Assembly: GCA_963850905.1 (NCBI GenBank)
Contig: CAWKMU010000003.1
Span: forward strand, 2,272,001-2,336,000
From: an uncultured Gemmatimonadales bacterium
Lineage (GTDB): Bacteria; Gemmatimonadota; Gemmatimonadetes; Gemmatimonadales; Gemmatimonadaceae
Length of the DNA: 64,000 bases
Reading direction: 5' to 3'
Shown here in pieces: positions 45,774 to 56,460 of this stretch. Each line of letters opens with the position of its first letter. Positions within the stretch are counted from its first letter, which is position 1. A program made the translations under genes and the position numbers. The notes below the pieces were generated by a model, which had not been told where the DNA came from, did not search any database, and saw only the letters and a list, made by a program, of their open reading frames with translations.

Positions 45774-47241
45774 ATGGCGACCATTGCCACGCCGGAGCGG
45801 GGCACGCGCGACTGGGAACGTCGGCCGCACCCCAACGTCGCGACGGCCGAACAGCGACTTCCGGACGTTGCCGACTACGCGCAGGTCGATCGCGAGATCA
45901 TCGGCGACGATGCATCCGACCGCCGGCTGGCTCGCTGCGGTGGGGATCGCCGTGCTCTTCATGGTGATCGGTGCGGCGACGTGGATGTATCAGATCTACT
46001 CGGGGCTCGGCGTTGCCGGATACATGCCGCCGGTGATGTGGGCGGTCTACATCGTCTGCTTCGTGTTCTGGATCGGTATCGGCCACGCCGGCACGCTGAT
46101 CTCGGCGATTCTCTACTTGTTTCGCGCCGGCTTTCGCACGACGATCTATCGCTGCTCGGAGGTCATGACGGTCTTCGCGGTCATGACCGCGGGACTCTTC
46201 CCGATTCTGCACCTCGGCCGGCCGTGGAAGTTCTTCTGGCTGATCCCGTATCCGACACTGGCGGATGATCTGGCCGCAGTTCAAGAGCCCGCTGGTGTGG
46301 GACGTGTTTGCCGATGCTGACGTACCTCACGATCTCGGCCACCTTCCTGTTCATCGGATTGCTGCCCGACTTCGCGGTCCTGCGCGACCGCGAAAAGAAT
46401 CCGATTCGCAAGGCCATCTACGGAGCAGTTGTCGTTGGGCTGGCGCAATAGCGATCGGGAGTGGCGCCACTTCGCGCGGGCCTATCTGTTCCTTGCCGCG
46501 TTGGCGACGCCGCTCGTGTTGTCGGTGCACTCGGCGGTGTCGTTCGACTTCGCGATGGCGAACACACCCGGGTGGCACGCGACGATCTTCCCGCCGTACT
46601 TCGTCGCGGGCGCGATCTTCTCGGGCATGGGGATGGTGTTCACGATCATCATCCCACTGCGCCGCTTCATGAACCTGAAGCAGTACGTGACGCTGAACGA
46701 TCTGGACGCCGGGGCGAAGCTCTGCCTGTTTACCTCGCTCGTCGTGGGCTGCGCGTATCTGACCGAGTTCTTCGTGGGGTGGTACTCCGGCAATCCGGTG
46801 GAACACGAGTTCTGGTGGAACCGCGTCTTCGGGCAGTGGTGGTGGGCCGCCTGGATCATGCTGCTCTGCAACTGTGTGCTGCCGCTGTCACTCTTCTCGC
46901 AGAAACTCCGGCGGAACACGATCTGGCTCTGGATTCTGTCGATCTTCATCAATCTCGGGATGTGGTTCGAGCGGTTCGTGATCTTCATTCCGTCGCTCTC
47001 CCACGAGTTCGAGCCGTGGCAGTGGCACTACTACACGCCGACCTGGGTCGACATTTCGATCCTGTGCGGCAGCTTCGGCTGGTTCTTCATGTGGTTCCTG
47101 CTGTTCATCCGACAGATGCCGATCATGGCGATTTCTGAGCTCAAGGAGATCTCGCCGAGGCCTCGGCGCGGGCCGGGTCGCGGGCCGGCGCTGGGCGCGC
47201 GCGCGCCTGCGCCGCTGCCGGCAGCCGGAGGAGGGGACTGA
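45774..47241 (+). CDS. actC: Alternative complex III NrfD-like quinol-binding subunit, frameshifted
   Basis: FWIGIGHAGTLISA, HLGRPW, SPLVWD, LATPLVLSVH, GMWFERF. Confidence 0.92.
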
Positions 47242-47741
47242 TGCAGGGCGTCATTGGTGCATTCGACGATACCAATGCAACGGTCGCCGCGATCGAGGAA
47301 GTGAAGCGTCGCCGGTGGGGTGACGTGACGGTCTACATGCCGGCGCCCGATCACGCGATCGAGCACGCGATCGACGCGGGCCCGAGCGTCGTTCGACGGT
47401 TTGCCCTGATCGGCGGGTTGTGTGGCATGACGTTCGGCTATTGGATCCCGATCTGGATCTCGCGGTACTGGCCGCTGGTGGTCGGTGGCAAAGCCATCGC
47501 GTCGTGGATTCCCTACACCATCATCAGTTTCGAGCTGATGGTGTTGATCGGTGGGCTGTCGACGGTCGCGGGGCTCTTTATCGCGGGCCGCCTGCCCAAG
47601 ATCACGACGACCGTCGGGTATGACCCGCGGTTCAGCCTGGACAACTACGGCGTATGGGTGGAGTGCCCGCCCGACAAGGCACGAGATGTCGAAACGGCGC
47701 TCCGACGCGCCGGGGCGGTGGAGGTGCGCAGTGAGAGCTGA
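47241..47741 (+). CDS. actD: Alternative complex III subunit D (DUF3341)
   Basis: WPLVVGGK, ISFELMVL, YDPRFS; operon position. Confidence 0.88.
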   Translation: MQGVIGAFDDTNATVAAIEEVKRRRWGDVTVYMPAPDHAIEHAIDAGPSVVRRFALIGGLCGMTFGYWIPIWISRYWPLVVGGKAIASWIPYTIISFELMVLIGGLSTVAGLFIAGRLPKITTTVGYDPRFSLDNYGVWVECPPDKARDVETALRRAGAVEVRSES

Positions 47742-48558
47742 CGGATTCTGCGGAGTCGGGAGTCCGTGGACGGCGGTCCGGGGCCGGCAAAGACCGGACA
47801 GCAGACCGGCGGGGTCCGCATCCGGTCGGTCGCGGGTCTCTCGCTTCGCGCGGGTAGTGGCGATGGTTGGTGCAACGACGATTGGCGTATCCGGCTGCTC
47901 GTGGTTCACGGCGTTCGTCGAACAGCCCAAGGTGGATCCGTGGGAGGCCATCAGCTTCCCGACGAACACCTTGCAGCCGTCGCGCGGCAACCCGCAGTAC
48001 TCGGTCCCGATCACCGGCACATTCGTCGCCGGGTTCCAGGTCTCGTACGCACAGTTCCCGACCACGATCGACTCGATGTCGGGGCTCAAGAACCCGACGC
48101 CGGCTCTGGGCGCGTCGCTGGTCAATGGGCGAAAGCTGTATCAGATCAACTGCAGCCCCTGTCATGGGACGGCCGGCAAGGGCGACGGGCCCGTCGGGAA
48201 GTACGGGTTGCCCGCACCCAGCTTGCTCACCGAGTCGGCGAAGGGTCGGACCGATGGGTACATCTGGGGCATCATTCGCAATGGTCGTGGTCCAATGCCG
48301 ACGTACAACCGCATCGAGGAAATGGACCGCTGGGATGTCGTGAACTACGTCCGCGGCCTGCAGAATCAAAGCGTGCCGACGGGTCCGGTCGGCTATCCGG
48401 GGCAGACGGGCGCCGCGTTACCGGGACCGACGATCGATGCGCCGACCCGGCCCGCGCCGTTTACGTCTGCGTGGATGGATTCAGCGCGGATGATCCGATC
48501 CCAGGCCGCGAGCGCCGCGGCACCGGCGTCGCCGGCGCGAGCGGAGGGGGCACGATGA
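47731..48558 (+). CDS. actE: Alternative complex III monoheme cytochrome c lipoprotein (start uncertain)
   Basis: Lipobox VSGC; CSPCHG; GPMP; DRWDVVNYVRGLQ. Confidence 0.85.
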   Translation: MRADGFCGVGSPWTAVRGRQRPDSRPAGSASGRSRVSRFARVVAMVGATTIGVSGCSWFTAFVEQPKVDPWEAISFPTNTLQPSRGNPQYSVPITGTFVAGFQVSYAQFPTTIDSMSGLKNPTPALGASLVNGRKLYQINCSPCHGTAGKGDGPVGKYGLPAPSLLTESAKGRTDGYIWGIIRNGRGPMPTYNRIEEMDRWDVVNYVRGLQNQSVPTGPVGYPGQTGAALPGPTIDAPTRPAPFTSAWMDSARMIRSQAASAAAPASPARAEGAR

Positions 48559-49880
48559 GCGAGCACAACGGACACGCCCCGTCGCGCTCGGAGCTCGCCG
48601 CGCTCGCGGCGCAGCCCACACCGCCGGGCGTCAAGCGCGCGGCCGCAGTGGCCGCAGCGGTGGGACTCGTCGTCTTCCTCGCGTATTTGTACATCGACGC
48701 GGACCGCGCCTGGCGTGCGTTCCACGTCAACTGGTTGTTCTTCGCCGGCATCTCGTCGGCCGGCGTGACGCTCGCGGCGGTGCAGCGTATTTCCACGGCT
48801 CGCTGGTCCCGTGAAGTCATCCGGATGGTCGAGGGCTACGTCGCGTTCTTGCCCGTGGCGCTCGTGTTTCTCGTGCTGATCCTGACCGTCGGCCGGAGCC
48901 ACATCTTCCCGTGGGTGACCGTCACGCCGCCGGCTGCTGAGAAGCAGCTCTACCTCGCGCCCGGCTTTTTCATTCCGCGTGTCCTGATCCTGTTCACCAC
49001 GATCGTCGCGTTGGCCGTGTGGTTCGTGTACCGTTCGGTGCGCCTGGACGTCGCGGTGGTGCCGGAGAGCGGCGCGTCATGGGCGGCAGGGATTCGCGCG
49101 CGGATGCGCAGCGGGTTCGGCGATGAGCGACGCGAGTTGCACACCACCCATTCGGTGCAGGGCCGGCTCGCCACCTGGATCGTCCTGACCTTCGGGTTTT
49201 TCTGGGTGATCCTGGCGTTCGACCTCTCGATGACGCTCGATCTGCATTTCGAGAGCACGCTCTACGGATGGTGGTGGTTCATGACCGCCTGGATTGGCGC
49301 CATCATGACGTTCTCCCTCTTGACGATGTGGTGGCGGAAGACACTGCACGCCGAATCCCTGGTGCAGGAACGGCACTTCCACGACCTCGGCAAGCTCGCG
49401 TTCGCCTTCACGGCCTTCTGGGGATACCTGACCTTTGGGCAGTATCTCGTGCTGTGGTACGGCAACATGGGGGAGGAGACGCATTTCTTCCGTCTCCGAG
49501 CGATCGCGCCGTGGGCGCCGCTCACCGCCACCATCGCAACGCTGACGTTCGTGCTCCCCTTCTTCGGACTGTTGTCGCGCGCAGCGAAGGTCTACCTCCC
49601 GACGTTCGCGCTGTTTGCGTGCTCGAGCATCATCGGGATCTGGTTGCAGCGCTACGGTGAAGTCTACCCGTCGCTCTACGGTATTCCCGCGCGCATGCCG
49701 CTGGGGATTCCGGAGCTCGGCGTGCTGCTCCTGTATCTGGGCGTGTGGGGCATGTGCTACTTCGCGTTCATGGACGCGTTCCCGAAGATTCGCGTCTTCC
49801 TCATGACGTCGCCGTACCGCGATGAGGTGCAGGTCCCGGTCGACCCGCGCACCATGGAGCCGCTTCCTGCGACCGAATAA
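48555..49880 (+). CDS. actF: Alternative complex III membrane subunit F
   Basis: MTLDLHFESTLYG, HDLGKLAFAF, QYLVLWYGNMGEET. Confidence 0.88.
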   Translation: MSEHNGHAPSRSELAALAAQPTPPGVKRAAAVAAAVGLVVFLAYLYIDADRAWRAFHVNWLFFAGISSAGVTLAAVQRISTARWSREVIRMVEGYVAFLPVALVFLVLILTVGRSHIFPWVTVTPPAAEKQLYLAPGFFIPRVLILFTTIVALAVWFVYRSVRLDVAVVPESGASWAAGIRARMRSGFGDERRELHTTHSVQGRLATWIVLTFGFFWVILAFDLSMTLDLHFESTLYGWWWFMTAWIGAIMTFSLLTMWWRKTLHAESLVQERHFHDLGKLAFAFTAFWGYLTFGQYLVLWYGNMGEETHFFRLRAIAPWAPLTATIATLTFVLPFFGLLSRAAKVYLPTFALFACSSIIGIWLQRYGEVYPSLYGIPARMPLGIPELGVLLLYLGVWGMCYFAFMDAFPKIRVFLMTSPYRDEVQVPVDPRTMEPLPATE

Positions 49881-50052
49881 ATTCCGTCGCCCGCGGTGCT
49901 GCGCTCCGCGAGAGAGTAGCGGTACAGATAGTAGAAAGTAGAGGAGCTAAATCACGGCGAGGGCGGGCTCGCGCCCTCCGCCGGCTTGTAAAGCTGTTCG
50001 TCTACTCTCTACTTTCTGAAGTTCCACTTTCTCGCGGTGCGCAGCACCACCC

Positions 50053-50125
50053 GGGGCGGTAGCTCAGCTGGGAGAGCGCCTGGTTTGCAACCAGGAGGTC
50101 GTGGGTTCGATCCCCATCCGCTCCA
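50053..50125 (+). tRNA. tRNA-Ala(TGC)
   Basis: Acceptor stem GGGGCGG/CCGCTCC with G3:U70; anticodon arm CCTGG-TTTGCAA-CCAGG; T-loop GGTTCGATCC; CCA not encoded. Confidence 0.97.
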
Positions 50126-50376
50126 TTCGGCTCGTCATAATCGTGAGCTTTTGTGCCGCACGAATCAGGGGCAGTCGCCCCCTCGTCGGCGCTCGTCGGT
50201 TCCGTTGCTAGCCCGCGCGGCGCCGTCCTGTTGGTCTGGCCACCTGACCGCCTGCCGGTGAGTCCGCACTCATCGCGGCCGGCAAGGCCATGCTGACTCG
50301 GATGTGACTCCGGCGCCAATGCCGCGTTTCGCCGCTCCAGCCGTCAAGATGTCGGAGTGGGATGGTCCGGGTTGAT

Positions 50377-50399
50377 CTGGTTTGCAACCAGGAGGTCGT
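50377..50399 (+). repeat. 23-bp duplication of the tRNA-Ala anticodon arm (att-like)
   Basis: CTGGTTTGCAACCAGGAGGTCGT is identical to 50080-50102. Confidence 0.85.
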
Positions 50400-50520
50400 A
50401 ATTGCCTGCACGCGGCTGCCCGGCTGTTATCCTTCAAGGGGGGCCGGCATGTTGGTACCTCAGAGGCCGCCTCACCTGTCTCCTCTTTCGGGCGACGCCG
50501 CGTATCGTCGGCGCTCGACT

Positions 50521-51057
50521 ATGACCGAAACTCCGTCGGGTAAGCCTATGAGCGCGTATGGTCGAGTTGCTCTGCCGGACGACGTCCACGCCGCATTGTC
50601 GGAGCTTATCAGGACCGATTTCGGGGAGGTCATCTGGCGTGACCGCCACCGCTTTGGCCCGATTGCGGCCAGCGTGTCACCGGTATCGGGGCGGACATAT
50701 CTGTACGACGCGGTCGCCGGCGGAAAACTCAGCGCGGCGAAGTGGTTGGTGCGATTGGGCGGCCGAGTGCGAGAGCCGCAAGCCGGCGTGACGCCCGCAC
50801 ATCCCTGTCCGTGGCAAGCAGCGATGTCGACGGCGAATCCGCTGCCAATGCTGCGCGTCCTGCTGACAAGTGCGGACTTTACGCCCGTCGACCTCGGCCG
50901 CTGTGCGGACGACCTGCTGACGCTTCGCCAGCGGGCGTCGTCGGCACGCGATATGACCGCGGCGAATGACGCGTACTCGGAGACGTGCCAGCGGATCGGG
51001 CGCAAACCGAGTCCCCCGCCGGCCGGAATGCCACTGGGACCTGCTGCCCGCCGTTAA
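50521..51057 (+). CDS. Hypothetical protein with ankyrin-like repeats
   Basis: GRTYLYDAVAGGKLSAAKWLVRLGG fits the ankyrin consensus; a second degenerate unit follows. Confidence 0.45.
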   Translation: MTETPSGKPMSAYGRVALPDDVHAALSELIRTDFGEVIWRDRHRFGPIAASVSPVSGRTYLYDAVAGGKLSAAKWLVRLGGRVREPQAGVTPAHPCPWQAAMSTANPLPMLRVLLTSADFTPVDLGRCADDLLTLRQRASSARDMTAANDAYSETCQRIGRKPSPPPAGMPLGPAARR

Positions 51058-51204
51058 CCGACGACCCTCGAGCTTGCGGCACGAGCAGGTCAAAGTTCTT
51101 CTGGTTGACGCACAGGCAACACAAAGTGGGGGTGCACCACTGAGCTGGCAGCCTCCCGCGGGGTATCTGCGGATACGTTCGCGACAACCTGGACCGGAGA
51201 TGAC

Positions 51205-51600
51205 ATGGAGATCAAGCCAAGCGGCTCCCAGCCATCCAGCAAGGGTCCAGCGAATTACTTCAGCGGAACGGTTCGCATTGATCCCTTGTTTGATGCACCT
51301 GCACCAGCGCGAGGGCGTGGCACCAGCGTGACGTTCGAGCCGGGTGCACGCACTGCATGGCACACGCACCCCCTGGGACAGACACTGATCGTCACGGCGG
51401 GTTGCGGCTGGGCGCAGCGGTGGGGCGCCCCGGTCGAGGTGATTCGGCCGGGCGACGTCGTGTGGTTCCCGCCGGGTGAAAAGCACTGGCATGGTGCCAC
51501 GCCGACTGTCGCGATGGTGCACATTGCCGTTCAGGAACAACTCGACGGCAAGGTCGTAGACTGGTTGGAGCAGGTCAGCGACGAGCAATACCGTCTCTGA
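51205..51600 (+). CDS. Cupin-domain protein
   Basis: [29 protein letters not shown]. Confidence 0.9.
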   Translation: MEIKPSGSQPSSKGPANYFSGTVRIDPLFDAPAPARGRGTSVTFEPGARTAWHTHPLGQTLIVTAGCGWAQRWGAPVEVIRPGDVVWFPPGEKHWHGATPTVAMVHIAVQEQLDGKVVDWLEQVSDEQYRL

Positions 51601-51769
51601 GCCCGTGTGCGACGCACCGACACGCAATAGGCCGATCGATGTGGGGGCGACGCTCGCAGGACCCCGCCAAGGCCGCGTCTGATCAGGGGTCTCTTGCGTC
51701 CCGACGCCCGGCTCCATAGGCATATACCAGGGCCACTGATGGTGTCCCCCTTTCAGGTCCGCGGGCGTC

Positions 51770-52438
51770 ATGCAACCCACCCGACTCGCGATCTGTCTCC
51801 TGTTGTTGATCGGCGCCACGGAAGCGGCGGCGCAGAGGGCGGATAGCGCCGGCCATACCGGAGGGCCATCGCTTCCGGCGCCTGGATCGGGCGTCGCACC
51901 ACAAGACTCCCCCGGCCGATGGGCCGATGGCACAGCGCCGACCTGCTGGCTCGGATGCAAGGGATCGCTCCAGGTGAAGGCACCCGGGGAATGGTCGAAG
52001 ATGCAAGCGGTCCGGCAGGACTCGTTGGCGGCACGCACTCGCCGCAGGAGCTTGGCGAATTGGGCGGGCGGCGCTAGAGAGTCGAACCCCGGATCGCCCG
52101 GGCAACGGGCCTCCGGCTCGGGCGCGGCGGAGAGTGCAGGCGGCGCGAGCACCCGTCCGGCCACTGAAGCCGAAGGCCAGCGATTTCTGATCGAGGAGTG
52201 GCGCCGATCCGAGCTCGAGGTCGCGGACAGTGTGCATCACCTGGTCCTCGTGCGCCTCAACCGCCTCTATGATTCGGCGCAGAGCCGCTCCGTCTCCCCC
52301 GGCGACCGCCTACGCATCCTGCGTGAAGTCGATGGGGTCAACGTCGCCAACCAGGTGATGTGGCTCGAACGGCGCACCGATGTCATGCGCACGGCCGACA
52401 GCACCGCGCGCGCCGTGGGTCTGCCCCGTGCGCCATGA
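51770..52438 (+). CDS. Secreted hypothetical protein, CWLGC paralog 1
   Basis: Signal peptide; clear homology to 59408..60076. Confidence 0.7.
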   Translation: MQPTRLAICLLLLIGATEAAAQRADSAGHTGGPSLPAPGSGVAPQDSPGRWADGTAPTCWLGCKGSLQVKAPGEWSKMQAVRQDSLAARTRRRSLANWAGGARESNPGSPGQRASGSGAAESAGGASTRPATEAEGQRFLIEEWRRSELEVADSVHHLVLVRLNRLYDSAQSRSVSPGDRLRILREVDGVNVANQVMWLERRTDVMRTADSTARAVGLPRAP

Positions 52439-52652
52439 GTCACTCGGCAGACGCGGGCGTTCCAACAATGCGTGGCCGCCGCAGAACTAATGCGCGTGGG
52501 ACGCTGGAGTTGTCGTTCGAGCGAGTCCCGTGAGCGAACGCCGGTGAGGCTGCGCCTCAACCCGGATATGAGTACGTTACACCCGCTCGGCTTCGCGACT
52601 CGGTGAAGCTGAGTCACTTGATGCGCCGCCATGTGTTGCGGCAGGAGGCGTG

Positions 52653-52907
52653 ATGGAGACGTTGGATCAACGGCTCGCCGCCCTCAAAGCGGAGATGAGC
52701 AAACTGCAAGGCGAGCTTGCGGCCGCGGGCGCAAAGGCCCAAGCCGCGTCTGCACAGAAGCTGGCGGACCTGCGCGGGAAGGCCAACGCGGCCAAGCAGC
52801 AAGCCGGTGCCGCCACGCACGCCGGGCTGACGAAGTTCGAGGCCGAGCTGGCACAGCTGGAAGCAAGAGTGCGCGCCGCGGTCGGTACGCCGAAAGCCAA
52901 GCCATAG
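52653..52907 (+). CDS. Small Ala/Lys-rich coiled-coil protein
   Basis: AGGAGG SD; heptad pattern. Confidence 0.6.
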   Translation: METLDQRLAALKAEMSKLQGELAAAGAKAQAASAQKLADLRGKANAAKQQAGAATHAGLTKFEAELAQLEARVRAAVGTPKAKP

Positions 52908-52928
52908 GCGCACGCGGCGCCACGGCAC

Positions 52929-55395
52929 GTGAACAACGAGCCGCATCGCCTGGCATCGACCTGGCGGCGCATGGGCGATCATGCGTCGATCCGGCCGGCC
53001 TTGGGATTTGTAGTTTTCACCACAGGGTACTATTTCGCGTACCGGTACGGAATGGCGTTCGGCGAAACGATCGCTTCGCCGTTCTGGTTCCCGGATTCCG
53101 TGTTGTTGTGCGGCTTGTTGTGGGCTCGACCGGATTGGTGGTGGGCACTCCTGGCGGTGACGGTGCCCATTCGCGTGCTCATCGCCCTGCCGCCCGACGT
53201 GCCGCTGCCATTTGCGGCTGCCACCACCCTCATCGACTGTGGCAAGGCTGTCGCCGCAGCCATGCTGCTCCGTTGGACGCTCCGCAATCCCCTCCGCTTT
53301 CAAACGGTGCGGGATTTTGGGGTGTACTGCCTCGTGGTGGTGCTCGCCGTCCCGGCGCTGAGTGCGGTCGCCGGAGCGCTGGCCCGCCGGATCATCGGGT
53401 ATGACTTTTGGCCGGGTTGGGACCAGTGGTTCCTGGGCGATGCCCTGGCGAGCCTGATCATCACCCCGTTCATCTTCTACTGGGTCTTGTCGCCGCCCGA
53501 TGCGCGTCAGATCACCGCGCCGCGGCGGATCGAGGCCATCGTGTTGGCCGGCTGCTTGCTCGCCAGTTTCTGGGTCGCGTTCGAGCCGACGTCGAGCGCG
53601 TTGGGCTTCGCCGACTCGCGGCTGTATTTGCCAACCGCCCTCCTGGTGTGGGCCGCAATCCGGTTTGGCATGGTTGGGGCCTCGGGTGCCATTGCGCTCC
53701 TGGCAGCATTCGCCGTCGCGAGCGCGCTGAGTGGCCGCGGTCTCTTCGCTGCCGATTCTCCGGAGGCCGCAGCGGCCAACCTGCAACACTTCTTGCTGCA
53801 CACCGCGCCGCTGTACCTGGTGGCGGTCCTGATTGATCAGACCCGGCGTGGCGCCGACTCGCTGCGCGAAAGCGAGCGCCGATTTCGTGTGCTGGCCGAT
53901 ACCGCCCCGGTGCTGATCTGGATGGCCGGCACAGACAAGCTCTGCGACTTCTTCAACAAGAACTGGCTGGATTTCACTGGCAGAACGCTGCAGGAGGAAG
54001 CGGGCAACGGTTGGGCCGCGGGCGTGCATCCGGATGACTCCCAGCACTGTTACAAGCTCTATGTGTCATGCTTCGACGCACGGCTGCCATTCGAGAATGG
54101 ACTATCGCCTGCGCCGACATGATGGCGAATACCGCTGGATCCTGGATCGCGGCGTCCCGCGGTACGGCCCCGCCGGCGAGTTTCTCGGCTACGTCGGGAC
54201 GGCTATCAATGTGACGGATCGTCGTCAGCAAGAAGAGGCGGTGCGGCGGAGCGAGGAGCGCTATCGCGACGTGGTAGAGAAGCAGACGGACTTCGTATGT
54301 CGCTTCGTTGCGGATACGACCTTGACGTTCGTCAATGAGGCGTACAGTCGATTCCTCAGGTGCGAAAAGCACGAGCTGCTCCACCAGAAGTTCCTGTCCT
54401 TGTTGCCGGCGGCCTCACAGGCGAGCACGCTCGCCTCCCTCGCGACCGCCGTGTCATCGCGGGGAGCGTGCGAGTGGGAGTGTGACGCGGAGTCGGGCGA
54501 TGGTGCGCTCGCATCGGTGCATTGGACGTGCCGCGCGCTCTTCGATGCCACGGGGCAGTTTCAGGAGTTTCAGGCGATTGGTCAGGATATCACCGACCGC
54601 AAACGGGCCGAGGAAGCCGACCGCAAGCTGGCCCACACGGGCCGCCTCGCCGCGCTCGGAGAGCTGACCGCTCTGGTGGCGCATCAGATCAACCAGCCCC
54701 TCTGCGCTATCGTCAGCAACGCCGAGGCGGCCGGAGCCATGCTGCGGAACCCGACCCCGCCTGTGGGCGAGATGCGCGAGATTCTGGCGGACATTTCGAA
54801 GGACAGCCTGCGTGTCTCCGAGGTGGTCCAGGGTATCCGCACGATGACGCGCAAGCGTGACCCGGAACGGCACCCGATCGATCTGAACCAGACAGTGGAG
54901 AGCGCCCTGCGCCTGGTCAGTGGCGACGCGCTGCGTCGCCGCGTGCAGATCCGCCGCGAGCTCGCAGCCGACTTGCCACTGGTCTACGCGGACGCGCCGT
55001 CGCTCGAGCAGGTGATTCTCAATTTGATCGTGAACGGTATGGACGCGATGAATGAGATTGCGCAGAAGGCACGACAAATTACGGTGAAGACTCAACGCGG
55101 GAGCGGCAGCGTCATCGTCGCCATTGCGGATCGCGGCCACGGCATTCCGCCCGAAGGCATGTCCCGGCTGTTCGAGTCGTTCTTTACCACCAAGCGCGAT
55201 GGCGTGGGGCTCGGCCTATCGATCTCGCGCTCGATTGTGCAAGCACATGGCGGCCGGATCTGGGCGGAAAACACTCCCGGCGGAGGCTCGACCTTCTGCT
55301 TCACGGTTCGCGCCGTGGAAACGGCGCCAATGGCGCTGCACGTACAGCGCGAGCTCGGACGCTCGGGCGACGTCTCTCCATCACTCAGCACCTGA
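52929..55395 (+). CDS. MASE1-PAS-PAS sensor histidine kinase, one +1 frameshift near 54095
   Basis: SPFWFPD and WFLGDALA (MASE1); FRVLADTAPVLIW (PAS); AHQINQPL H-box; NLIVNG; DRGHG; GVGLGLSI. Confidence 0.88.
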
Positions 55396-55491
55396 CACAT
55401 TCGCCGGGGGATGTTGCGGCCATGGCTCGCTTTTCCATGAGGTCGATGCGGCTCCCCGGGTTCGCGGGTATGGCGGCGAGCGGAGCGGCCG

Positions 55492-56328
55492 ATGGGCTAC
55501 GCTGACCAGTTCAGGGTGAAGTCGGGAAGCAAGTTCAAGATCGCGCACGTCGATCCTGGCTATACGTGGAAGCACGAAAACAAGGACACGGCGAAGCGTG
55601 AGATTGCACAGCAGCTACGCAAGCTGTGGGACCTGCAGTACCGCCTGTTTGCCGAGAACCAGCGGTCCGTCCTGATCTGCCTGCAGGCGATGGATGCCGG
55701 CGGCAAGGATGGGACGATCAACCATGTGATCGGCGCCATGAACCCGCAGGGCGCGCGCGTCCACTCGTTCAAGGTTCCCACGCCGGTGGAAGCGGCGCAC
55801 GATTTCCTCTGGCGGATCCATCGACAGACGCCGGCCAAGGGCGAGGTGGTCGCGTTCAACCGATCGCAGTACGAGGATGTCCTCGTCGTGCGTGTGCACA
55901 ACCTGGTTCCCAAGGCCGTCTGGTCGAAACGCTACGACCTGATCAATGCGTTCGAGCACAATCTGGTCGAAGCCGGTACCCGAGTCCTGAAGTTCTATCT
56001 GCACATCAGCAAGGAGGAACAACTCGCGCGATTCAAGGATCGGGTCGATGACCCAGCCCGTCGCTGGAAGATCAGCGATGCGGACTATGCCGAGCGCGCG
56101 CTGTGGCCCCAGTACCAGGCCGCGTACGAAGAGGCCATCACGAAGACGAGCACGAAACACGCGCCGTGGTACGTGATTCCCGCCAACCACAAGTGGTTCC
56201 GCAATCTGGCCGTCTCCACGATCGTCGTGGAGGCACTCGAATCACTCCACATCCAGCTGCCCAAACCCACCGTCGACATCGCGGAGATTCGTCGCAAGTA
56301 TCACGCAGCGGCCGCTGATAAATCGTGA
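55492..56328 (+). CDS. ppk2: Polyphosphate kinase 2 family protein (class III-like)
   Basis: QAMDAGGKDGTI, HDFLWR, FNRSQYEDVL, APWYVIPANHKW. Confidence 0.92.
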   Translation: MGYADQFRVKSGSKFKIAHVDPGYTWKHENKDTAKREIAQQLRKLWDLQYRLFAENQRSVLICLQAMDAGGKDGTINHVIGAMNPQGARVHSFKVPTPVEAAHDFLWRIHRQTPAKGEVVAFNRSQYEDVLVVRVHNLVPKAVWSKRYDLINAFEHNLVEAGTRVLKFYLHISKEEQLARFKDRVDDPARRWKISDADYAERALWPQYQAAYEEAITKTSTKHAPWYVIPANHKWFRNLAVSTIVVEALESLHIQLPKPTVDIAEIRRKYHAAAADKS

Positions 56329-56460
56329 GCCCGCGGCCGCCCGCGACATCCATTATTGGGTCCAGAGCGAAGTGTCATGGTCCGTCTCGGGATACGTTCG
56401 ATGAACGACGAGCGTCGTGAAAAACCCCTATCACGCAGCTGAGTGGACCGCGAGGACGCC

